Origin: Fibrobacterales bacterium
GTDB taxonomy: Bacteria > Fibrobacterota > Fibrobacteria > Fibrobacterales > JAOPTW01
Direction: 5' to 3'
DNA length: 64,000 bases
NCBI GenBank assembly: GCA_051532055.1
Contig: JAOPTX010000032.1
Span: forward strand, 96,001 to 160,000
A program made the translations under genes and the position numbers. Positions 40,401 through 48,444 of the stretch are shown here, piece after piece (the stretch's first letter is position 1; every line of letters begins with the position of its first letter). The notes under the pieces were generated by a model, which was not told the origin of the DNA, did no database searches, and worked only from the letters and a program-made list of their open reading frames with translations.

Positions 40401-41398
40401 CACCACGTGTGGGCAACAATCAGTTTACCCAAGACATAGATCGTGCGCTTAAACTCAATACCCAACTTACTATACCAACATCAATGCCCATTCAATTACA
40501 AGCACGAACTGAGTGGAGTCAAAAAATTGGCTTTGAAAGAGAGAACCCTTGGCAAACAGACACAACAACCACTTGGCCATCATACTATGTCTATGGTACG
40601 CTCAAAAACATTGCTCAAACCTTTGCCCCTCTCAAAAAACGGTTTTCTTCTATTAATCTCTCATCCGGATATAAATATAGCCAGGTAGAATCTATTACAG
40701 CCCATGCAAACTCTGAAGATGGCGTGGAAGAAAAATACTCTTTTGCCCCCCTCATTAAAGCAACCTTAACAACAAAAAAGAAGACAACTTTTTCAAATGC
40801 AATAAACCTGAGTTGGGGCCAAAAGGATAGTTATAACAAAGTTCAAGCCATTGCCAATAACACAGCAGTTGTTGACACAACCACCTTCTGGAATGAACGC
40901 TATATCCCGTATGTTCCCAATGAAAAATTTAGAACAACAAACTTTTCTTTTAGTAATGACTTTAGAGTAAAATATGAGATTCCTACCAACAAAGGATTTT
41001 ATCTATTCAAATGGTTTTTTAGACTCAAAAACCCCGTTATTCTCAATGGGGTTATTACCTACGCTTGGAAAAGAGAGACTCGTACAACCTTTGACAATAA
41101 CAACTACCTCCCTTCTGATTCCACCATTGGCACTCCAAGTATTTTAGTGAATAACCTACAAGATATTGCTAGCCCTTACTACTATCCTGCCCGTTACAAT
41201 GATGGTCAGGTGGACAATCGCACCCGTAACTGGTCATTTCTTATCCACCCGAGCATGAGTTATCAATTCACCACACGGGTTGCCAGTTTAGCCCATATTA
41301 AATACCGTTATGAAGATATTGTGACCAATGACACCGATCAACGCAAACAAGATTTAGAATTTTTAATACAGGTTACTATTAAGTTTGGAAACAGATAA
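34490..41398 (+). CDS. sprA: SprA-like outer-membrane translocon (T9SS/gliding motility)
   Basis: About 2300 aa; EDNIIQRIEAGNTSLSL..GLFGIKGEFKFG, DFEGS, DTEDI..DG.L, GNPSIS, GEFWVNDLRL. Start uncertain (34439 or 34490). Confidence 0.85.
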   Translation: MQLKQFSVIGFKSTLLWLIIGCFFIGTVMGSTSQIEYLKTPERVKPLQNILPKKGILTHPQWGYLKFPAKNLSVDHKVNFEKREMIITASFNNSRNKQKTALWNSYYRELATYTLEMNDLILNKIWLESLIGQENPSSVGQGDTHFELEIPIKMPQWLKDVGIPKPTIDITGDLNIQLKGVGKKYTRDPLHNSLWPNFDPKFTPNFSVKGSIGKNLSIQINNQEGFQIADQLKIVYQESEPNEFEDNIIQRIEAGNTSLSLEGTRLTGYSENHQGLFGIKGEFKFGDLYLTAIASQEGGSSHKQSLNSEYTDSEFAIKESEFVDGKHFFLSMEDRNEYKTKKALGDQLILKTKRNLTIYVSVPRENKNDGRNYYKGLTGYFAHNFANTNNKYIMKELKSDEFNYDAKTGILSLTRPYRSSRVGAWWEDLSVGDKILTQPTGGNEGGDNTGVIIFKSTTLIPDLDLLMLRNRYAVGYTSESKNDFQLELINSNQQSPTNLVALLQDTLGVTLPKDNEKDFNELTGELILPCKVIPQTVRNNADSVSYYQEACLEPMRHIIPQSSADKLYTNSATLRKKFESHYSFKVKGKRKNTQINLNSGTHSLNSGGCMDIAEGSERLTIKGAGTVLQRGKDYDVLYELGQINLTSDRARDPNTEIEVEYECQPLFQIENKFLLGLRAKYPLESFGNGSLLGATMLYKGQSLKARRPQYDQTPYSSFLWGSNLLLKDSSRFMSKAINILPFIKTKSPSRWTLEMEIAQSYHNPNTSGDALVEDFEGSSRTIPYSMYRSSWHRASPPLSTDPLNPLDYRYQAREFIWHSNHEKRRGEIFSSLKEKYDRNTRIPILELKIKPINREGKNWGSIMRANSDYASDLSVEYEYIEIVANGTGGQLLIDLGQISEDLSINGDEPNQELNSEQTEGNISPDHDDGLDGLPDELEKRKEWLCYSTCNTPNIITYDPITNPDPALDNWSEQEYVSDPTYQINGTQNNAERTVYDTEDISRDGLLQTTNAFVRYTIDFSDDMINANNGVQVIEQQGTGQNSWKIYRINLKKYSDVYPLGANLTQILQNAKFTRLTLTGASSETEVRLARFNIVGSQWETEFLTDVATGDTIKTLQENFTSDGPTSTTSFASTTEETGGRVSVDVIDNKDDNDIYFPSNNTVFEIEDDDTGTKRREQALIINYSEIEPGQQAFITRKFESQQFDLTNYKSLKMEIHHVDSTLGAFNDPGVRFAIQLGSDPTNKGSYYEWSFRPTPQSCGSDEACHSGNWDDNAFALALSEWPKLKNHSDWSPVVDTSIRYILQNGTYQPADLNYKRQLKTLHDAIEDSEGTTERAEMITLRGNPSISNISWMRIVIIVDDEELSDDPRTVSGEFWVNDLRLDGIRDGWGTSARSRIQLEFGDVLTLSTDVTYQNGNFAPLQSNSGSAKKSPAQSSSLMQYNASAQFHLNKFLKDEWKFRIPFMVSTSMNVTRPFTKPNSDILLSDDDFFDLSKDFYDHLTDQENIFSEDQQDTNYIGTNHGEEQTLRSESKSEGFQTVQLRKQLSVSFAKEYVRHKSLPVEMLSQVLLERPTLSYKYVESENFSPTSIDTNYTYTTSAKYKFGQLKASKFRPFSSFKSSKNSWIKSLSKTSFSPWPETFDVTLADFSFNKRLTNNRSVDSPNFTHRETDYGLDLKHSINMRWKMFNFLTASYDLTINRDFNDFHADFAKEALFDSEKGGGLLGLGRITSLDTNDHARRYLLRDSSGVYEDITYQDERISQYINYDSVLVDPAAIDGSDYGILLNEFKRSQNMKLNYSPQFVDFVTTRFILESRFNHDRNNTNFSDDTTDTYWTLKQTNSFQTSATLKLPQLFDFSATKGISKFLKKMKWSSLRSTWKVNLNTSGEEYTFADLERQGVSASDYYKYSFGLAEGGGWRHPGNIVTGTMGKNNCEDYTHFAEYCNQEIFYLQNPSDSNGFRNKNQLINKHLLPTPRVGNNQFTQDIDRALKLNTQLTIPTSMPIQLQARTEWSQKIGFERENPWQTDTTTTWPSYYVYGTLKNIAQTFAPLKKRFSSINLSSGYKYSQVESITAHANSEDGVEEKYSFAPLIKATLTTKKKTTFSNAINLSWGQKDSYNKVQAIANNTAVVDTTTFWNERYIPYVPNEKFRTTNFSFSNDFRVKYEIPTNKGFYLFKWFFRLKNPVILNGVITYAWKRETRTTFDNNNYLPSDSTIGTPSILVNNLQDIASPYYYPARYNDGQVDNRTRNWSFLIHPSMSYQFTTRVASLAHIKYRYEDIVTNDTDQRKQDLEFLIQVTIKFGNR

Positions 41399-41462
41399 GC
41401 CAATCCTCTTACCCCACAAAATTTTGAATATATGCAAAATTTAATGTACCTTTGACACTGTT

Positions 41463-43355
41463 ATGGACCAAAAGCCCTCGCATATCTACGCCTATTTTGA
41501 CTATGATGACACCCTTGCATCGGGTGACAGTATACTCTATTGGCACCGATTCTACTTTCGTGAGCGAAAAAAACGCTTTTTACTCCGTATTTTCCATTTC
41601 ATCGGTTTTTTACTCTGGTCAATCCGTACTATTAAATCTGGTACCCTCAAACGGATAATGCTCGCCCCCCTTTGTTATGAAACCGCGGAAGAGCGTGCGC
41701 GTCTGGGCGAAAAATTTGCTCGTGAAGAACTCCCTAAATTTCTCTACCCCAGTATGCTCGACCGACTCTGGAGTCATAAGATGCTTGGTCATAAAATTGC
41801 AATCCTTTCTGCATCTCCTATGTTTTATCTACAACACCTCGATAAAATCCTCAGTGCCGACCTTATTGTAGGTACACGGATGGAGTTCCCTTCAAAGGGA
41901 TTGATACGAATCCCTCATTATCGTACCGGCAACTTTAAAGGGCGTGAAAAGACTAAGTTTTTAGAATCGCATTCCGAGTTCCCCGAAGGGGGCAAAGGTT
42001 GTTTTGCTTATTCAGATCACCATTCTGACCGATTTTTACTCCGCCATGCTGAATTTCCATTTTGTGTCAATCCCAACGATAAACTTCGTCGTATTGCCCA
42101 AGAAAACAACTGGCCCATTCTGACGCCCCATCGCCTTAAGTCGGGGAGAACAAGAACTGCGGCCTCTGCCTCTCTTCTCCTTCTTCAAAAGGGCTCTCTC
42201 GAAAATAAGATTACTATTGGAAGCTCCAAAACTGCTCGTGACTTTCACTTGCGCCATTGGATTAAATCTTTTTTCGAAATACTTGAAGATTCTGATTTCG
42301 CAACATGGAGCTCTTTCATTCAGGCTTCTCATGCACTCAAAGGGCTTCCTGAACTTCTCATGAAAGAACTGGTGGTTACCCATAATAGTAACCCCAACAC
42401 CATACTCTCTCTCTATAATACCAGCGGCTCTCATTATGTGCGTAACCCTCTCATCTCTTTTACTGCACACGCCCCGCACAACACCAATTACGTTACACGG
42501 GTGTCAGGACCGTTATCCCAGTGGCTCGATACCGAAAGTTATAAAGCACAAAAGTTTTGGATAAAAGTACGACACTCCCACATTGAATCATTCTGGCAGC
42601 TCGACAAAAAGTTAATACTTGCAAGTGTAGACAAAACTAATAATGAAAAGCTGCAGCAATCGGTTTATTTCTGGCTCGATCAAGCACAGCACACCTTTGA
42701 CAACGACTCTCGAACATATACAGATGCTCCTTGGATTGAGCGAATACAATCTATAGAACAAAGTGGGGCCCTCCTCCCTCATGTGAAGATGATTCAAAAT
42801 AAAGATCAACTTGAGCTCCATCAGTTTAGCCCTGAGGGTATACGATTTCATAAACTATGGCAGTTTAACCCAGGTCTCTGTTCTGCAATCCCCCTAAAGG
42901 TTTCTACACTCTTTTTTACACTACTTGCCGAAGATATTATTATCGACATTGATTGCGGCTTTAACCTTAAACTGATTAATCAGCAAGGGTCACCTACTCT
43001 TAAGGTTATTGATTATACCTACCTATACGATGCATCTTTTAGAGCGGGCCCTGCTATACATCAATTGATAAAGGCCCCTATAACGACTAATGTTAATGAG
43101 CTCACACTTCCCGAAAAGTGGGAGCCTCATTTTGAGTCACTCAACATTGACTACAGCACTGCTATGGCAGACCTTTTTGGTGGACTGACCATTGACCTTG
43201 GTACTATCAACTTTAGCCAATGGCGCTATCGCCGTACTCGAATTGGTAAAGAACAATGGAATAGACTCTACCAACTCCCTCCTGAGCTTTTCCTTGTTAT
43301 AAAAAGCTTGTGGAGTATCGAAACACTCTTTTCTCTTCTTAAACAGCGAGCATGA
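41463..43355 (+). CDS. HAD-IB hydrolase fused to a degenerate ABC1/UbiB-like kinase domain
   Basis: FDYDDTL, ILSASP, K, YSDHHSD..VNP. C-terminal IKVRHSHIE...D, LKVIDY and LPPELFLVIKSL..IE resemble ABC1 kinases. Confidence 0.7.
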   Translation: MDQKPSHIYAYFDYDDTLASGDSILYWHRFYFRERKKRFLLRIFHFIGFLLWSIRTIKSGTLKRIMLAPLCYETAEERARLGEKFAREELPKFLYPSMLDRLWSHKMLGHKIAILSASPMFYLQHLDKILSADLIVGTRMEFPSKGLIRIPHYRTGNFKGREKTKFLESHSEFPEGGKGCFAYSDHHSDRFLLRHAEFPFCVNPNDKLRRIAQENNWPILTPHRLKSGRTRTAASASLLLLQKGSLENKITIGSSKTARDFHLRHWIKSFFEILEDSDFATWSSFIQASHALKGLPELLMKELVVTHNSNPNTILSLYNTSGSHYVRNPLISFTAHAPHNTNYVTRVSGPLSQWLDTESYKAQKFWIKVRHSHIESFWQLDKKLILASVDKTNNEKLQQSVYFWLDQAQHTFDNDSRTYTDAPWIERIQSIEQSGALLPHVKMIQNKDQLELHQFSPEGIRFHKLWQFNPGLCSAIPLKVSTLFFTLLAEDIIIDIDCGFNLKLINQQGSPTLKVIDYTYLYDASFRAGPAIHQLIKAPITTNVNELTLPEKWEPHFESLNIDYSTAMADLFGGLTIDLGTINFSQWRYRRTRIGKEQWNRLYQLPPELFLVIKSLWSIETLFSLLKQRA

Positions 43356-43356
43356 T

Positions 43357-43827
43357 ATGCAGATTAAACATCTCATTTTAGAGCTTTTGAAAAAGCACAA
43401 ATACAACTACTACATATATGAACCTGTAGTATTTGAAAAACGAATCAATGAAGAGAAGATTCGTGCAGACCATTTTCAATCAGACTTCGCCTATATCGAA
43501 GTCTTTTATAGAGACTTCCTTCCTATTGACACATCTGAAATGCGTGTTAAAGCAATTTGGGATATTATTCTCGAAGTATTTTCGTCATCCCTTCGTGGAT
43601 CCGACATTAAGGGGCATCTCAAAAATGATGAGGGACTTGGGGTTATAATGGTTGACTGTGACTCATATGCACCAGAACGCCTCAGGAAACGTATTGTTGA
43701 AAAACTGTATGAAGCAGATTTTCTCAAATTTATTATCAATAAAGATAATTTTATTAATGCCTATTTTTATACAGCTCGTTCTGAAAATACCGACCCTACC
43801 CAACAATCTCCGATGCGAAGGATCTAA
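43357..43827 (+). CDS. Degenerate GGDEF-like domain protein
   Basis: SSLRGSDIKGHL..DEGLGVIM..A.ERLRKRI; the GGDEF signature itself is absent. Confidence 0.55.
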   Translation: MQIKHLILELLKKHKYNYYIYEPVVFEKRINEEKIRADHFQSDFAYIEVFYRDFLPIDTSEMRVKAIWDIILEVFSSSLRGSDIKGHLKNDEGLGVIMVDCDSYAPERLRKRIVEKLYEADFLKFIINKDNFINAYFYTARSENTDPTQQSPMRRI

Positions 43828-44908
43828 TCTCATCCCATTGAGTCATAGGATCAAACTCAGTCGTACATCTATAATCAGCAAAAGTACACGGCTTATTTGC
43901 GCCAATACTATTAAAATTCCAACACGGAGCACAGGATAATGATCTGTCCCTGATAATTAAGTGTTCTCTTTCTATTCGTTCATGGCTTAAATAAAAGGGC
44001 CCCGTTCGTTTTTCATCAGTAGGCCCAAAGAATACAATGCACCGTTTTTGTTCTGCAATACTCATATGCATCAGCCCAGAATCATTCCCCACATAAAAAA
44101 GTGCCTGAGAAATGACCCCACTCAATTCACCCAGTGATCGACATTTAATATCAATGAGTATATCTTTAACAGCTACAGATTCTGTGGTACTGGAAATAAT
44201 ATTTTGAATCTCATCTGCTATTGATTTCCGAATGGGTTCTTCTGAAGGGTCTCCTGCAAGATAACATTGTAGAGCAAACTCGTTATAGAGAGCAACTGCC
44301 ATAGCCGCATAGACTCTTGGGTGAAACCGTTTTTTATCCATTCCCCGCTCTGGACTTGACCCCGGATGACACACATAGTATTTATAACGAGGAACCTCTT
44401 TCAGATCGATTTTTTCAGGATAATTAAAACCACAATAATCACTAGAACCAATAAGGCTTTCTGTAAGTGATAAATTTTGATCAGTATCATGGAGTTCAGG
44501 GTTACTTGAAAAGGTGTAGGTTTGGAGTATATTCGGTAGGGTACTATTGGGATAACTGAAGCCAATACGATGGGGAGCACCAATAATTCGAGTAAAAACT
44601 GAATACTTCCAATGACCCGTAGGAAAAAGCGATATTGTTGCATCAAACTTTTGAGCACGCAGTGCCAAGAGTGAACGCAGCCCTTTTAAGAGTGACTCTT
44701 TGTCAGGATAAAAAGGTATCACCTCACTAAACAGACCTGAATCTTTTCCCATTTCAGCAATACCTGGCTTGAGAGCAAGAAGGGTCAATCGGCCCTTACC
44801 AAGTTTCTGAACTAAGTTTTCAAGAGTCGGTTGAACCATTAGAAAGTTGCCAATACCAATAGGGCAAATTATCAGAATTTTTGAGCAGTCATGTAAAATT
44901 GGTTTCAT
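43796..44908 (-). CDS. Glycosyltransferase family 9 (heptosyltransferase-like)
   Basis: GIGNFLM, HPGSS..KR, VGNDSGLMH, FFGPT, CAPC. Confidence 0.9.
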   Translation of the reverse strand: MKPILHDCSKILIICPIGIGNFLMVQPTLENLVQKLGKGRLTLLALKPGIAEMGKDSGLFSEVIPFYPDKESLLKGLRSLLALRAQKFDATISLFPTGHWKYSVFTRIIGAPHRIGFSYPNSTLPNILQTYTFSSNPELHDTDQNLSLTESLIGSSDYCGFNYPEKIDLKEVPRYKYYVCHPGSSPERGMDKKRFHPRVYAAMAVALYNEFALQCYLAGDPSEEPIRKSIADEIQNIISSTTESVAVKDILIDIKCRSLGELSGVISQALFYVGNDSGLMHMSIAEQKRCIVFFGPTDEKRTGPFYLSHERIEREHLIIRDRSLSCAPCWNFNSIGANKPCTFADYRCTTEFDPMTQWDEIRSFASEIVG

Positions 44909-44979
44909 GTACTACAATATAGCAAAGGATTGGTATTTAGGTGAGATAGCTATCTACCGCTGAGGCTCAATGAGATACC

Positions 44980-45549
44980 TTATTCTATATCACGTGAAAC
45001 CAGATACCCCTTATGCACATCTTGAACCAAAAAGCAAAGTTTTTGTATTCCTTTTGTCATACTTTTTGCCGATATAGTAGAACCGCTGAGAGCGTCAATA
45101 TCGGTGCCATATTTAAATGAAGCACGAGCATTTTTACCCTTAAACAAATCAAGCCATTCCTGCTGTTTAACTGCACGACCTCGAATCTCTCTATATTTTA
45201 AAACAGTGTTATACACCACTTTTTGCTCTGCATCAAAAACAACTAAAAAAGTAATGGGCATTTGTTTACCAAACACATTATCCACAAAAGCATGGCCAAT
45301 CAGCGAGTCACCTTTATGAATTGACCAATAGTAGAGAAAATTAAAGTAGTAGTTCTGATTAACTTTTATTACTGCAGCTCTACGCATTTCTTTAGTAACA
45401 AGTACTTTTTCATAGTGAAGAAGCGTCTCAATACCATACAAAGAACGAAGCTCCCGCTCCGCACTCTGCTTAAGGTCTTGAGCCCCTGCAATCACAGGGG
45501 CCAAAAGAACTATTATCGCTAATATTATATATATGCGATAGGCCTTCAT
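44980..45549 (-). CDS. Exported FMN-binding domain protein
   Basis: Signal peptide; GKQMPITF, YREIRG, flavinylation-like motif IDALSGSTIS. Confidence 0.8.
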   Translation of the reverse strand: MKAYRIYIILAIIVLLAPVIAGAQDLKQSAERELRSLYGIETLLHYEKVLVTKEMRRAAVIKVNQNYYFNFLYYWSIHKGDSLIGHAFVDNVFGKQMPITFLVVFDAEQKVVYNTVLKYREIRGRAVKQQEWLDLFKGKNARASFKYGTDIDALSGSTISAKSMTKGIQKLCFLVQDVHKGYLVSRDIE

Positions 45550-46634
45550 TAGAACATGTACCCTACACCAAGATCAATAAAGTGAGTCACGTCATCATTC
45601 GCACCTTTAGTTTGATAGGTGTAATCAGCTTTAAAAACCACTTCATCAACAGGTTTGAACGCAAGTCCCGCTGCAATTTTTGTAGTTGCATTTGCCTCTT
45701 CTACAGCACTGTCCGTATGTGATGATGCAACATTGAATGCTTCATATCGTACCCAAGGAAGTAACTTAGCTTCTTCGAAACCAAGTTCACTACCAACATT
45801 ATATCCTACTTCAGTATAAAAACCCGAAGACCCTTCAAGGCCTTGGTTAGCAAGTGCTTCATAGGTTGTAAGGGCCGCTTCAGTTACTGCATAGATATTA
45901 TTTGCGTCGTATTTTGCGTGAACTTCTAAAAGGTTAATTCCCTCGAAATTTTGTTCTCCATTATTTGCCATAAGGTGATTACGTGAAATTGATGCACCAA
46001 CACGAAGACCCATTAAACCGATATAGTCGACTCGTGCATTAAACAGTACTGTTTCAAGACTTGATTTATACCCTTTTTGACGACCACTACGAATGCCACT
46101 ATCTTCTATATTTGCCGTATTAAGACCCTCCATCACAACAACTTTATAGTCGATCATATCAGAGATTACACCAGTTGCACCCACACCATTTCCAAACCAT
46201 GTTGTTGGAATAATACGTTTACTATATTCCGGACGCTCTACTGATACAAAGAGTGGTGGCTCGTGGTTTTCATTAATAAGACCAATTGAAGGGAGAAGCA
46301 CACCAAATTGATAGTTTGCCGCATCCGAGTGTTTAAAGTTGATAATAGCTTGTTCAAGCTCGAGCTCACCATTTCCACCTGAAACAAAATTATGTTCAAG
46401 TTCAACTTCAGATTTAAATGACCACTGCTCATTCCACTGATACCCATAAAAGAGAACAAACCGATGAAAGTCCAAAGTAGGTGCTTTATCATCTTTCTTC
46501 TCGACATTTTTATAATTCAAGTGGAGCTCACCATATCCACCAATTGACGTTTTTGATCCACCACTTACAGCGAATTCATCTTGCCCAAAGGCAACTGCAG
46601 CCATAAAGGCAACCATATATACCATTTTTTTCAT
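45549..46634 (-). CDS. Outer-membrane porin-like beta-barrel
   Basis: Signal peptide; IGGYGELH, DFHRFVLF.GY, SEVELEH, IIPTTW; C-terminal GVGYMF. Confidence 0.85.
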   Translation of the reverse strand: MKKMVYMVAFMAAVAFGQDEFAVSGGSKTSIGGYGELHLNYKNVEKKDDKAPTLDFHRFVLFYGYQWNEQWSFKSEVELEHNFVSGGNGELELEQAIINFKHSDAANYQFGVLLPSIGLINENHEPPLFVSVERPEYSKRIIPTTWFGNGVGATGVISDMIDYKVVVMEGLNTANIEDSGIRSGRQKGYKSSLETVLFNARVDYIGLMGLRVGASISRNHLMANNGEQNFEGINLLEVHAKYDANNIYAVTEAALTTYEALANQGLEGSSGFYTEVGYNVGSELGFEEAKLLPWVRYEAFNVASSHTDSAVEEANATTKIAAGLAFKPVDEVVFKADYTYQTKGANDDVTHFIDLGVGYMF

Positions 46635-46645
46635 TTTCACATCCC

Positions 46646-46684
46646 GTTTAACTAGATTAAGATTCAGTCTCAATCTAGTTAAAC
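46646..46684. promoter_or_regulatory. 39-bp palindrome containing a Fur/PerR-like 9-1-9 box
   Basis: GTTTAACTAGATTAAGATTCAGTCTCAATCTAGTTAAAC (2 mismatched pairs), core ATTAAGATTCAGTCTCAAT, about 12 bp upstream of the porin ATG. Confidence 0.65.
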
Positions 46685-46784
46685 TAATAGCGCCCCTCAA
46701 GGACTAATTGGGGGGCGCCATCAAATTCACAACTATGTAATGTAATCAACTTATGGTTTGTTACAGCCTTATGCCAGTCCAACC

Positions 46785-47711
46785 TTATAAAAAAGGGAAA
46801 TATGAGTGCTTTTCGCCTAATATGATCAATAATACCCCAGTAAACAACGCAATAAGCGCGCTCATTTTTTTTCTTTTATTAAGCTCCTTAAATAGAAAAG
46901 CTCCAAGAATAAGAGTGACAAACACACGACTTCTCTTAACTGCAGAAAGTAACAGTATGAGGGCATCTTCATGAGCAAGTGCTCGAAAATAGACAAAATC
47001 TGCAGCAATAAGAAGTATGCCAATAAGGGGGATTGACCACCGCCACTGGAAAGGCGTACTTTTTTTCCTGATGGGAACCCATGCACAGAGTGTGATTAAA
47101 CCCAGTAATGTAACGAGATAAAAGGAAAACCACAACTGTAGTGTTTGCGGGGGTATGGCGCGAGTTTGAATAAGATATTTATCGTAAAGGCCACTACTCG
47201 ACCCTGCTATAGTTCCCAAAACGACAAAGAGAATCCAACGATTACGCCTAAAGTCAATGCCCTCTTTCTTGCCCAATGAAGAAAAACCCATCAATGAGCC
47301 TAATATCAGTGCAACCCCAAACCATTGCAGTGGAGTAGGAGATTCACCGTAAATAAAAAGCGCTCCGAAAAGGGTAATAAATGGACCAGCTGCTCTAATT
47401 GGGGTTACCAAAGATAGTGGAAGGTGCTTGAGTGCAAAAAAATTGAGTGTCCACGCAAGAGAGATAATTGCAGACTTAAGAGCAATAAGCCCATGGAGCT
47501 GCCACTCAATGGGCGATACATAGAGCCCAAACTGTTGAAATAAATCTGAGAATAAATATGAGCCCACAAATAGTGGAGCCATAGAAAGTAGTCCAAAACA
47601 AGTGCTCAAAAAGAGAACGGGAATAACTGCATTATCACGCACTCCATATTTTTTAGCTATGTCATAGAGGCCCAAAAAAAGGGCAGAAAGTAATCCAAGG
47701 TAGATCCACAT
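46785..47711 (-). CDS. DMT/EamA-family transporter
   Basis: About 10 TM segments in two repeats; ALKHLPLSLVTPI, GALFIYGE. Confidence 0.88.
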   Translation of the reverse strand: MWIYLGLLSALFLGLYDIAKKYGVRDNAVIPVLFLSTCFGLLSMAPLFVGSYLFSDLFQQFGLYVSPIEWQLHGLIALKSAIISLAWTLNFFALKHLPLSLVTPIRAAGPFITLFGALFIYGESPTPLQWFGVALILGSLMGFSSLGKKEGIDFRRNRWILFVVLGTIAGSSSGLYDKYLIQTRAIPPQTLQLWFSFYLVTLLGLITLCAWVPIRKKSTPFQWRWSIPLIGILLIAADFVYFRALAHEDALILLLSAVKRSRVFVTLILGAFLFKELNKRKKMSALIALFTGVLLIILGEKHSYFPFL

Positions 47712-47749
47712 GAAGGCATTAATAGATGTTTAAAAAACAGATCGGTCTA

Positions 47750-48355
47750 TTACTCAGTTAGTTTTATATGGTGTATAAAGGTATCAACTTTAGTGACACC
47801 ATCCAACTCACCAGTCTTAAGATATTCAACTAATTTAAAACGCATACTCTCTTCTGCTTCTACAGTAGATGCTCCTTCAGCTCGAATATTAAGGTCAGGG
47901 CAGTACTGATAACATCTATTTTGTGAAATCCACGAAAGGGTCATCACCTCTACATTTTCAAGTTCAACTTCAACAAAATGAGGTTTCTTAATATGACGTG
48001 CTACTCGCTCTCTCAGCTCTGCCGAACTAATAAGCTTTGAAATAGACTCATTAGCACCCACTTTCATTGCTCGATAGGCTAGATTATTATTCAAATTGGA
48101 GCTTTGAAACAGTATCGGAGTATCAATATAAGGCTCTATTGCTCGTACATGCCTGATAAAGTCTATTCCAGTTCCATCAAACAAACTATAATCGACAATA
48201 AAACAATTCACTGGAGGCTTATGGGCAATAAGCTCTAGCGCCTCATCAAGAGAGGCGGCAAAAGTTATATCAACAGAGTCACCCAAAATTTTTTTCAAAA
48301 TCTTTTGAGCAATTTTACTGTCTTCAAGATGAAATATTTTTACGCCGTTAGCCAT
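47750..48355 (-). CDS. Response regulator receiver with short HicB-like C-terminal domain
   Basis: LEDS, VDYSLFDGTG, TPILFQS, GANESISK; C-terminal YCPDLNIRAEGASTVEAEESM. Confidence 0.75.
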   Translation of the reverse strand: MANGVKIFHLEDSKIAQKILKKILGDSVDITFAASLDEALELIAHKPPVNCFIVDYSLFDGTGIDFIRHVRAIEPYIDTPILFQSSNLNNNLAYRAMKVGANESISKLISSAELRERVARHIKKPHFVEVELENVEVMTLSWISQNRCYQYCPDLNIRAEGASTVEAEESMRFKLVEYLKTGELDGVTKVDTFIHHIKLTE

Positions 48356-48444
48356 ATCAGACCCCAAATGTCATACGTTGTTAGTATACCACATTTTAAA
48401 AATTTGACGAGACTTTTTTAGAAGTTCAAGCACTTACTTTCGGA

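Noticed and set aside
46690..46718. Hairpin gcgcccctcaa/ttggggggcgc as terminator of the EamA gene
   Set aside because: The stem is real but lacks a U-tract on the minus strand; function unsupported.
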